Below are positions 18,335-25,708 of a stretch of 40,213 nt of DNA, piece by piece. Position numbers and translations under genes: made by a program. The stretch is from a virus (taxonomy: Duplodnaviria; Caudoviricetes). A model generated the notes under the pieces. That model had not been told where the DNA came from, ran no database searches, and saw nothing but the letters and a program-made list of their open reading frames with translations. The stretch's first letter is position 1; the number at the start of each line of letters is the position of its first letter. The stretch is taken from positions 1 through 40,213 of the IMG/VR virus record IMGVR_UViG_3300029825_000020; one strand, written 5' to 3'.

Positions 18335-19703
18335 CTCTAATAATCGCCTCCCTTATAATCTGCCTGTCCTTATCAAAAACAAGAGGGATACTTAATCCTG
18401 CCTGACTATCCCTTGCCTTGTCGATATAGAGCCGGTAATTAAACGGCTCGAAATCTTTTTTGTAAATTCTTCGCATTTCATCTGCGGTATCTTCATCTGT
18501 CGGTAGTAACTTCAACATTAAGTCACACTCGTTTTTCATGCGCTTTGCACCTTGCAAACTTCCATCCTCATTGAGTTGCACTAGTACCATTGATGCTACG
18601 TCCAGGGTTTGCGCTAGTAACTTCTGCGTCTTGATTATCTGTTCCAATACTTGCCATTCCTGCAACTTCGGGTCTGATTTCTCCATCCTTCCAACGTAGT
18701 CAAGGATAATCATATCCATGTTGGTCTGTAACTTGGCCTTTCTGCCTAAAATGGTCATTATATTAGGTGTTAAATTTGGCGTGTAGGCCGTGTAAAATCC
18801 TGATTTAGCAAGGAGTTTATAACCTGTTTCTACCTGATACTGTTCAGCATCCCTAAGTGATCCTACTCTGATTTGCTGTAAAGGCATTTGGGACAAGATG
18901 CTACCCCACCGATACGCTATCTGCTTGGGTGACATTTCGGTGTTGATATACAGTAGCCTGTTTTGAGATTCCACACACACGGCATTGGCAGTATTGATGG
19001 CAAATGCAGTCTTGCCGTGTCCTGTTTCGGCTCCTAGAATGATTAAATCCCCCGGCTTGTACCCTAGTGTTAAGACATCAAGTGAGGGGATTCCTGTTGG
19101 TACACCTTCTAATGGCACTTGGCCTGTAAACGCCAGGTCATCCTGCATGGCTCTCCATTTGTCTACATTGGCCTGTACCATTTCTATTCCCAAGTTTGCT
19201 ATATCTTGACCGGATTCTATGCCCCCTTCATCGGTATCCATTGACAAGGTTAAAGCGTCCATTGATAGTCTGTTAATGATTCCGTCCACATCGGGATTAT
19301 TGCTGTTTATCTGCTCTTGATATTGGAGCATCAACCGCTGAAACTTCCTGCCCTTTGATGCTTTACGCACCCTGTCTATCCAATACTTGATATTCTGATC
19401 ATCAATATGGTGTTCTGCTATCCATTGGACTTCCGCTATGCTATCCCTGTTTAACGCACCTATATCCATCATCTCACGAACTAACTCGGCGTAGGTTGGT
19501 TTTGCTCCTTTCCTATATATACTCCTTGATAATGTGTATAGGGTTGCATGAGTGGGAACACTAAAATCATCAGCGGTAAGGGTGTTAAGGGATTCTACAC
19601 AGGCCGTGTCGGAATGTAACATACCGCTTAATACCCGCTGCTCGGATTCTGTATCTGTAATATATTGCAACCGTCTATGATTCCTCCTTCTTCCAACCTT
19701 CAT
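18321..19703 (-). CDS. dnaB: Replicative DnaB-like helicase (start may be TTG 19670)
   Basis: N-terminal ESEQRVLSGML, GVPTGIPSLD, Walker A GAETGHGKT, INTEMS, IILDY and LVQLN. Confidence 0.92.
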   Translation of the reverse strand: MKVGRRRNHRRLQYITDTESEQRVLSGMLHSDTACVESLNTLTADDFSVPTHATLYTLSRSIYRKGAKPTYAELVREMMDIGALNRDSIAEVQWIAEHHIDDQNIKYWIDRVRKASKGRKFQRLMLQYQEQINSNNPDVDGIINRLSMDALTLSMDTDEGGIESGQDIANLGIEMVQANVDKWRAMQDDLAFTGQVPLEGVPTGIPSLDVLTLGYKPGDLIILGAETGHGKTAFAINTANAVCVESQNRLLYINTEMSPKQIAYRWGSILSQMPLQQIRVGSLRDAEQYQVETGYKLLAKSGFYTAYTPNLTPNIMTILGRKAKLQTNMDMIILDYVGRMEKSDPKLQEWQVLEQIIKTQKLLAQTLDVASMVLVQLNEDGSLQGAKRMKNECDLMLKLLPTDEDTADEMRRIYKKDFEPFNYRLYIDKARDSQAGLSIPLVFDKDRQIIREAIIRGGIS

Positions 19704-19881
19704 AATTCTCTATAGTATTCTGTAAAGCCTTAATGCTCCAAAAAGAATTTTCGTCGTGACACGCTCCGAAGCCCACTACGTCCCTCGCCGCCTCCACCAC
19801 CTTGCGGAGTTTAACAACCTCGGCCTCTAGCTTACGAATGTATATCCTCTCGTTATCACCCTTCTGCCAATTAAGTATCAT
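19675..19881 (-). CDS. Hypothetical coiled-coil protein
   Basis: AAGGAGGG RBS; contains the LRKVVEAAR module. Confidence 0.55.
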   Translation of the reverse strand: MILNWQKGDNERIYIRKLEAEVVKLRKVVEAARDVVGFGACHDENSFWSIKALQNTIENYEGWKKEES

Positions 19882-20297
19882 CTCTCGCCCTCCTTATCTA
19901 GTTCGGCAAGGGTTTTCCATACGAATTTACATAAACTATCTTTATTACTATATGGATCCCTTTTCTCGTCCGGACATTTACAAGCTAATTCGCATATACT
20001 ACAAATGCAGGGATACCCTTCTGTTGATTCATCAGTTGCTACAATCCGCAAATCAGCATTTAACCCGTCAATAATTTTTTCTAGGTAATGGTTGGTTTCT
20101 ATGGCTTCATCCAATCCCTCGGTTATAGATGTAACCATCAGCTTTAACCGCTCAACCTCGGCCTCCAACTTACAAACCTTCTCCATGTGTTGTTTTGCCA
20201 CTTCCCGCCAATCCGCAGCCTCAGCCTCGGCCTCAGTTGCCCTTTCCTGCCATGTATAAGCTAAATCTATAATTTCACTAACTTCTGTACCCCTCAT
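19878..20297 (-). CDS. Hypothetical coiled-coil protein with C-terminal Cys cluster
   Basis: ATGA overlaps at both ends; CICSICELACKC..CKFVWK. Confidence 0.6.
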   Translation of the reverse strand: MRGTEVSEIIDLAYTWQERATEAEAEAADWREVAKQHMEKVCKLEAEVERLKLMVTSITEGLDEAIETNHYLEKIIDGLNADLRIVATDESTEGYPCICSICELACKCPDEKRDPYSNKDSLCKFVWKTLAELDKEGER

Positions 20298-20629
20298 ATC
20301 ATCCTCTCCTGCCGTTCCTTGTCTAATGTCTTAGGTTTGGGTGCAGGGTTCTTCCGTTCCCATGCCAGGATAGTCAAATAATCGCTAGCGTATTTCCTGC
20401 CCGTGCTACCCTTATATAGGTTGAGATTGTCTATCCTGTCCTCCGTCCCTGTTACCCCGAATTGCTCTATCAGTTTAGCGTGTTCCTGCTCTGTCATGGT
20501 CACATATTCGGCATAGCGTACCTTCTTAGATCGTTTGGGTTTCTCAACAGTAAAGCACTCCCCTTCGAGTGCTTCAATCTTGACCAGTATGCGGTTCACC
20601 AAGTCTTTCAGTTCTTCCAATTTATCCAT
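20294..20629 (-). CDS. Putative replication initiator/helicase-loader-associated protein
   Basis: VTMTEQEHAKLIEQFG..LNLYKGSTGRKYASDYLTILAW resembles C-terminal domains of phage replication proteins; located upstream of dnaB. Confidence 0.55.
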   Translation of the reverse strand: MDKLEELKDLVNRILVKIEALEGECFTVEKPKRSKKVRYAEYVTMTEQEHAKLIEQFGVTGTEDRIDNLNLYKGSTGRKYASDYLTILAWERKNPAPKPKTLDKERQERMI

Positions 20630-20670
20630 TATACCCTTCCTGCCATGATATCTTTGGTGTTAATGATCAT

Positions 20671-21312
20671 TTAACTAACCTCCTTCTTGGGGTACTGTTT
20701 CATCGTTGCCAATAGTGCTAATCCTTGTTCTCTGCCTAATTCATCCAATGCCTTGACGTTATACTCGGCTGCGGCAAAGTCTAGTAATTCTTCATCCGTC
20801 ATATCTAAACTCTTGGCGGTAGTTTTGATAACCTCAACCATTTTGTTGACATTAAACGGTGGGGCTTTCTGTTTATCTGGCACTTTGGTTTGGGGCTTGA
20901 TTCTGGTTTCACCCTTTCCATGTTGGTTGGTGTTATCTGAATCCTTGGTGTCATCAATGGCGAACAGTCCGTTGAGGGCATATTTTCGGGCATAGGATGA
21001 TGCTGCTCCTGTTACCTGGCTGCCATCCATCCCTTTCTTGTTTTCTTCTTCTCTAGCAAATGCCTGTACGCTATATAAGTCCGTGCTTTCCGTATCGCTC
21101 AAAGTAACTCTCGCCTTGATATAGTACCTATCCCCTACCATCACCACATCATCAGATATGTTTAAGACGGTCTTGGTTTCCAGCAATAGGGGTTTGACCG
21201 CTTCGAGAATGTCCTCGGCGTTGCGGTATGCGTATTTACCGAATGAATTATACTGGCTTTTGGGTGCTTTTAGTTTGGATTGGATAATCAGTAATTTATC
21301 GTAGATATTCAA
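20671..21312 (-). CDS. erf: ERF-family single-strand annealing protein
   Basis: LKAPKSQYNSFGKYAYRNAEDIL and QVTGAASSYARKYALNGLFAIDDTKDSD. Confidence 0.92.
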   Translation of the reverse strand: MNIYDKLLIIQSKLKAPKSQYNSFGKYAYRNAEDILEAVKPLLLETKTVLNISDDVVMVGDRYYIKARVTLSDTESTDLYSVQAFAREEENKKGMDGSQVTGAASSYARKYALNGLFAIDDTKDSDNTNQHGKGETRIKPQTKVPDKQKAPPFNVNKMVEVIKTTAKSLDMTDEELLDFAAAEYNVKALDELGREQGLALLATMKQYPKKEVS

Positions 21313-21491
21313 TTATTAACCTCCTTAGGTTTAACAACAAACCATTGTTGTTTATTGGGTGGTAACTGCCTAGAGTTTCTCCAATCTGCTACAGCTTTTT
21401 TGCTAACACCCTGTAATTCTGCTATCTGTCGGTCAAACAGACCTGATGAATACATGGCCCATCGTTGTTTGTCTACTATTGGATCGATCAT
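21309..21491 (-). CDS. Small HTH DNA-binding protein
   Basis: MYSSGLFDRQIAELQGVSKKAVADWR. Confidence 0.7.
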   Translation of the reverse strand: MIDPIVDKQRWAMYSSGLFDRQIAELQGVSKKAVADWRNSRQLPPNKQQWFVVKPKEVNN

Positions 21492-22345
21492 GACTTACAT
21501 CCTAAGTCACACCATTCTGCAACATTACAATATGATTGGCATTTCCTGCCCTGCCATCTTTCGTCCATGCTACACGGTGGTGGTGTTTGTCTGTTTTCTA
21601 ATGCGGTTAAGAGGGCATCTCTTTTTGCGCGGAAGTACGCTAGAACCTCGCTATCGTCCATATGTGGGACTTCGATCAAATATGCGTTCTGCTTTACTCC
21701 CCTGGTAGTGGCCATCTGTATACCACCATCTCTTACCGCAATGTCAAGAAACATCATCTTAACGGGGAAACCTGAATCCTCTAACATTAAACGGTACATG
21801 TTTAACTGGAGTTTTTGCTCTGTCAGGTCTGGAACACCTTGACGGGGCATCTTTTTTGTCTTGACTTGGCCTTTTTTGGGGCCTGTTTTGTAAACTTCGC
21901 CGGTGGGTTCGTTCACCATTTCTATCCCTAGGCATTTCATTACCTTGTAACTGCCATAGGTTTTAGAGTCATAAAGGCATTGATCTTCGTAGTAGTCAAA
22001 GGCTCCAGTGATACCTTCCAACTCTAATCTAATCTCGCCTATCTCATTATCAGCGGTGTATTTGTCCAACTCGGCGTGTGCCTTAGTTCCGATGATCCGG
22101 AATATGGCATCTTGGGGATTGATATAATAAGGATGGATGATTTCTAAATATGATTCTCTTGTACCTTTCAATAACTGCGTTACTGAGGGTTTGCCGTTCC
22201 ATACCCTGGCATCGGCTATCATCCGCAAGTTACGGAGTGCCATGCACTTCTTTGCAGGGTGTTGGTCTGCTATGCGGCAACCTTGGAAACATTGGTCAAA
22301 CGGTATAGATTGACCGTCCGTACATATAAATCCAATCTGACCCAA
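21488..22345 (-). CDS. PD-(D/E)XK (Cas4-like) nuclease
   Basis: PSVTQL, IGTKAH, ITGAFD..LYDSKT, QLNMY and C-terminal C..KCQSYCNVAEWC; paired with ERF. Confidence 0.8.
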   Translation of the reverse strand: MGQIGFICTDGQSIPFDQCFQGCRIADQHPAKKCMALRNLRMIADARVWNGKPSVTQLLKGTRESYLEIIHPYYINPQDAIFRIIGTKAHAELDKYTADNEIGEIRLELEGITGAFDYYEDQCLYDSKTYGSYKVMKCLGIEMVNEPTGEVYKTGPKKGQVKTKKMPRQGVPDLTEQKLQLNMYRLMLEDSGFPVKMMFLDIAVRDGGIQMATTRGVKQNAYLIEVPHMDDSEVLAYFRAKRDALLTALENRQTPPPCSMDERWQGRKCQSYCNVAEWCDLGCKS

Positions 22346-22519
22346 CTAGTTCACTTCCTTTATATGTATCTCCGCTTGTCCTCGCCTGTCATATCTTTCA
22401 ATTTATCTCTCCCTGCTTGCCCCGGCTCAATGGCTCCAGGTATGCGGCTCGGAAGGTCGGCTCCGGTATTCTCTTTTTAAAGAACATTGTCAACGGTAAT
22501 TTTTACCTTAACAATTCAC

Positions 22520-22548
22520 ATTGTAATGCTATGACATTATATTGTCAA
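22520..22548 (-). promoter_or_regulatory. SigmaA promoter of the replication operon, with a palindrome in its spacer
   Basis: TTGACA-17 bp-TACAAT on the minus strand; TAATG-N6-CATTA at 22524-22539. Confidence 0.85.
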
Positions 22549-22597
22549 CAACTTTTTATGTTTTTTTCATTTTTTCAATACTAAATAATTAATAAAT

Positions 22598-22622
22598 AAG
22601 AAAAAGCAGGGTTGCCCCTGCT
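22598..22622 (-). terminator. Intrinsic terminator of the early operon
   Basis: AGCAGGG-4 nt-CCCTGCT hairpin followed by TTTTCTT on the minus strand, just after the recombinase stop. Confidence 0.8.
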
Positions 22623-22644
22623 ATATTTTTTGCCTTATTTGCTT

Positions 22645-23310
22645 TTATTTATCCAGTAACCTTATCTTGCCAATTAGGTCAGTCATAGATATATGTGTAT
22701 ATATCTGAGTGGTTGAGATGTACGAATGCCCAAGCAGCTTACCTATATCCACAATAGACATTCCCTTGTTCAATAACTCTGTGGCGAATGTATGCCTTAA
22801 GCTATGGGGATGCACCAGTTTCTTATCTGCTCCATCCTGCAAATAAACTTTAGCCCGTTTGCTAATCGAATAAACCATCTCGCAGATGTTTCGGGCAACC
22901 GATTGCTTGCCCTTGAAGGTGGAGAACAACCATTTACTCTCTGGTGCAATCTTTAACCATTCCCTTATACAGGCTTCTACCGTGTTGCTCATAGGTATAT
23001 ATCGGTCTTTGCCACCCTTACCCATTTGAATGTATAGGGTATGTCTATCAAAGTCTATATCTGCCTTAGTCAGCTTTGTTACCTCTGATATACGCAGACC
23101 GCACTTTAACATAACCATGATTATTGCCATTTGTCGCTTGCCTGTTATGGTTGATGTGTTTATAACTGATAAGAATTGATCCACCTGGGATGACGTTAGC
23201 ACTTTGGGCAGCTTGCGGGATGGTTTTGGTTTTTCCTTTTCCCTGGCTAACTCCGCTGCTTGCCGTGCCAGTTCCCTTAATTGCTTTATGTCCATATTAG
23301 ATAAATCCAT
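22645..23310 (-). CDS. Short Xer-like tyrosine recombinase (catalytic domain only), 221 aa
   Basis: GLRISE (R), GKGGKDR (K), HSLRH (HxxR) and LLGH..TTQIY (H, Y) are all intact. Confidence 0.93.
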   Translation of the reverse strand: MDLSNMDIKQLRELARQAAELAREKEKPKPSRKLPKVLTSSQVDQFLSVINTSTITGKRQMAIIMVMLKCGLRISEVTKLTKADIDFDRHTLYIQMGKGGKDRYIPMSNTVEACIREWLKIAPESKWLFSTFKGKQSVARNICEMVYSISKRAKVYLQDGADKKLVHPHSLRHTFATELLNKGMSIVDIGKLLGHSYISTTQIYTHISMTDLIGKIRLLDK

Positions 23311-23365
23311 ATGTTTCCCTCCTTACTTGCTACGCCGGATTAAGGCTCCGGCTGCCTTATTTGCT

Positions 23366-23665
23366 TTAATTATTTAATACAACCGTTCTACCACCAACGA
23401 TAGTATATAAGGTGTAACCGTCCTTGCGGTACTGATCAATTTTAACTTGTGCCGATTTTCTAATCCCTTGTATAGTGGTGCTGCCTGGGTGGTGCTGAAT
23501 ATGCGATGTTCCGCGCACCTTAAACTCGACTACCTTATATTTCGGATATTCAACATAGTCGACGTACCTTTGCGCTAAAACTGTGTAGTATTCGTATTTA
23601 TTTTCCTTCATTCCAATCGCCCCTTCCTTACTTGCTTCAATAACTGCCTTTTCCAATCTGTTCAT
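23366..23665 (-). CDS. Early hypothetical protein (second in-frame start at ATG 23611)
   Basis: Both starts are preceded by the AGCAARTAAGG motif and an RBS. Confidence 0.6.
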   Translation of the reverse strand: MNRLEKAVIEASKEGAIGMKENKYEYYTVLAQRYVDYVEYPKYKVVEFKVRGTSHIQHHPGSTTIQGIRKSAQVKIDQYRKDGYTLYTIVGGRTVVLNN

Positions 23666-23689
23666 TACAATTCCACCTTTCCTTATTTG

Positions 23690-23938
23690 CTATATGTCGT
23701 AGTCGTATTCTTCGGTTGGTATAACTATTTTCCCTAGGGCGTGATTGATAATTTTCAACCTATTGGCATATACCGTTGCGCCGTTCTCTAGGTCGATTAA
23801 TGCTGAGTCTGCTCGGTTGTATTTGTCCAAGTTATTTGTTTCGATATATACCTTACTTGCTCTATGCCGTGGTTTGCAGTTTATAGTTAGTTCTATATCT
23901 TCTATTGGCAGTAATATATCCCCATGTTGAAAATACAT
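23690..23938 (-). CDS. Early hypothetical protein
   Basis: AAGGAAGGGG RBS. Confidence 0.6.
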   Translation of the reverse strand: MYFQHGDILLPIEDIELTINCKPRHRASKVYIETNNLDKYNRADSALIDLENGATVYANRLKIINHALGKIVIPTEEYDYDI

Positions 23939-23960
23939 TTTTATTCCCCTTCCTTAATCG

Positions 23961-24065
23961 CTAAAATTTGATTATGCTTGCCAGATAACTCGCTGCTATT
24001 ATCGCTCCAATACCTATGATCCAATATACACCACATACGCTGAGTGCCAATAATAAATCTTCCAT
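23961..24065 (-). CDS. Early 34-aa single-TM peptide, absent from the ORF track
   Basis: MEDLLLALSVCGVYWIIGIGAIIAASYLASIIKF; motif and AAGGGG RBS upstream. Confidence 0.55.
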   Translation of the reverse strand: MEDLLLALSVCGVYWIIGIGAIIAASYLASIIKF

Positions 24066-24147
24066 GCCTTATCCCCTTTCCTTATTTGCTTGGATGGGAT
24101 AAGATATAAGTGGTTGGGTTTATACCTTATCCCTTATTAGATTAGGC

Positions 24148-24318
24148 TTAGATTGCACTCTCGGCCTTTTCTATTTCCTGGTTAAACTGATCCCGTAGTT
24201 CCTGGGCCTTGACTTGCCATTCAAGCATCTTCTTAAAATTGCCTTTTTGAAAATAGATGTACACTTTATTCTCTGCATTGGAAACCTTCTGGTATAGCTT
24301 TAACTGCTCTCTTGTCAT
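24148..24318 (-). CDS. Early 56-aa helical protein (MTREQLKLYQK...), absent from the ORF track
   Basis: Translated by eye; GAGAGGT RBS. Confidence 0.6.
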   Translation of the reverse strand: MTREQLKLYQKVSNAENKVYIYFQKGNFKKMLEWQVKAQELRDQFNQEIEKAESAI

Positions 24319-24379
24319 GCCGTTTACCTCTCTTTCCTTATTAGTCGTTAATCATGTAGTTACTATTTACTCACTAATC

Positions 24380-24757
24380 CTAATCTTCATCTTCGCTATC
24401 ATTTTTATTAGTCAATATACCTATGTCTTTCAAGAAGTCTATATCTTCCTGGTTCCAACTGTCCTTATCTTCGTTATACATTTCAAGCAATTCGTTGGCA
24501 AAGCCTTCGTAACCGTGATAAGGAGTGTTATAAAAGGATTCCAATTTATCGCCGTTCATCATTGCGACTTGGCATTCATCGTTGACAAAAAACACGTTAC
24601 CGGAATTACGGTTCATCATTATTTGCACTCCAGAATCTTCAAAGTCTACAGGGAAACCTTGTTCGCATGATGCTATTAGCAATTCAGCTGCTAATTTTCT
24701 CTCTCTCCATCCAAAGTCTGCTAAGTTGGTGGTGGTCATTTCGTTACTCATTTCCAT
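24380..24757 (-). CDS. Early acidic protein, 125 aa
   Basis: ATG 24757 after GAGAGGTA is preferred to the track start at 24799; about 28 D/E vs 8 K/R. Confidence 0.7.
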   Translation of the reverse strand: MEMSNEMTTTNLADFGWRERKLAAELLIASCEQGFPVDFEDSGVQIMMNRNSGNVFFVNDECQVAMMNGDKLESFYNTPYHGYEGFANELLEMYNEDKDSWNQEDIDFLKDIGILTNKNDSEDED

Positions 24758-24780
24758 TACCTCTCTTTCCTTATTTGCTG

Positions 24781-24936
24781 TTATTTTTGATTCTTCCATG
24801 TGTCGTATTCAGCAATGTGATCAAAACACATATAGCCGCCAGCTACCTTTTTAATGATAGGATAGATATTGATATTGATTTTCTTTGCCAACTCTTTCCG
24901 GTCTTTCGCCTCAATAAAAACTTTCGCCATTTCCAT
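24781..24936 (-). CDS. Early 51-aa protein (..KVAGGYMCFDHIAEYDTWKNQK), absent from the ORF track
   Basis: GAGGAGGT RBS; fills the gap between its neighbours. Confidence 0.6.
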   Translation of the reverse strand: MEMAKVFIEAKDRKELAKKININIYPIIKKVAGGYMCFDHIAEYDTWKNQK

Positions 24937-24947
24937 TACCTCCTCGT

Positions 24948-25136
24948 TTATTGGTTACATAAAAAATCATCATCGGAAAAAATAATGCCTGCGTAATGGT
25001 TAAAAATTATATCGTCTGGTATTTCGCGACTTTCGGATAATTCTCCCCATGATATTCCATCGGTTGCAAGTTGTTCGACATAAGATTCTTTTAGTTCGTC
25101 CATCTCATCCCGGCTTAAGTCATAAACGGTTTTCAT
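24948..25136 (-). CDS. First early gene, 62-aa highly acidic protein
   Basis: GAGAGGT RBS; 16 D/E vs 4 K/R; directly downstream of the early promoter. Confidence 0.7.
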   Translation of the reverse strand: MKTVYDLSRDEMDELKESYVEQLATDGISWGELSESREIPDDIIFNHYAGIIFSDDDFLCNQ

Positions 25137-25175
25137 TTTGTTACCTCTCTTTCGCTTGTTTGTTTTGTTGTACTC

Positions 25176-25204
25176 AGTATATCACCGTCCAATTACCTTG
25201 TCAA
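25176..25204 (-). promoter_or_regulatory. Strong sigmaA early promoter
   Basis: TTGACA-17 bp-TATACT with extended -10 TG, and AT-rich DNA upstream. Confidence 0.9.
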
Positions 25205-25304
25205 GCATTTTATGATATTTTTATAAATATTTTTATGCCATATATATTTATTTTGAGGTATACGGCTGCCTGGATCAGTCAGAAAGTATGTGTAAAGTAA
25301 ATTT

Positions 25305-25332
25305 ACTTAACATAATATTAGATATTTAATGT
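25305..25332 (-). other. dif-like site (good XerD arm, degenerate XerC arm)
   Basis: Minus strand ACATTAAATAT-CTAATA-TTATGTTAAGT, compared with the E. coli XerD arm TTATGTTAAAT. Confidence 0.55.
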
Positions 25333-25409
25333 GCGTCATATTTAAGTAAATGTGCTATACTAATTAATTGTAAACCTATAAGAGAAAAAGAGGTTAACAA
25401 TCTTATATG

Positions 25410-25435
25410 AACATATGAGCAAGTATTCATATGTT
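25410..25435. promoter_or_regulatory. ArsR/SmtB-type 12-2-12 operator-like palindrome
   Basis: AACATATGAGCA-AG-TATTCATATGTT. Confidence 0.6.
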
Positions 25436-25505
25436 ATTGTGTGAGATATGGCATTGATGAAAATATAGAGTTTTAACCGAATGGTCATTCTTTTATAATA
25501 AGGAC

Positions 25506-25530
25506 AATTCCCACCAACATACTAGGAATT
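25506..25530. promoter_or_regulatory. Rrf2 (IscR/CymR)-type operator-like site
   Basis: 25-bp imperfect palindrome AATTCCCACCAACATACTAGGAATT. Confidence 0.5.
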
Positions 25531-25669
25531 AAGATTACAATCGGATCCTGTCTGTTTCCAACTGGATTCAACCCATAAAACCATAATATATCCGATTCTG
25601 TATCTTATCGGATATTTTTACGGGTATATTCGGTAGGTATCACAAGCAATATACCCTTCAACTACTCAA

Positions 25670-25708
25670 TCTGTATAGATATGCAGAATTTATGCATAAA
25701 TATATGGT
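25670..25708. promoter_or_regulatory. Tandem ARG-box-like (ArgR/AhrC) site
   Basis: Cores TGTATAGATATGCA (25672) and TGCATAAATATATG (25693) start 21 bp apart, the canonical 18+3 spacing. Confidence 0.5.

Noticed and set aside
21488-22345. Cas4-like nuclease as part of a CRISPR-Cas system
   Set aside because: There are no other cas genes or array; pairing with ERF indicates a recombination exonuclease.
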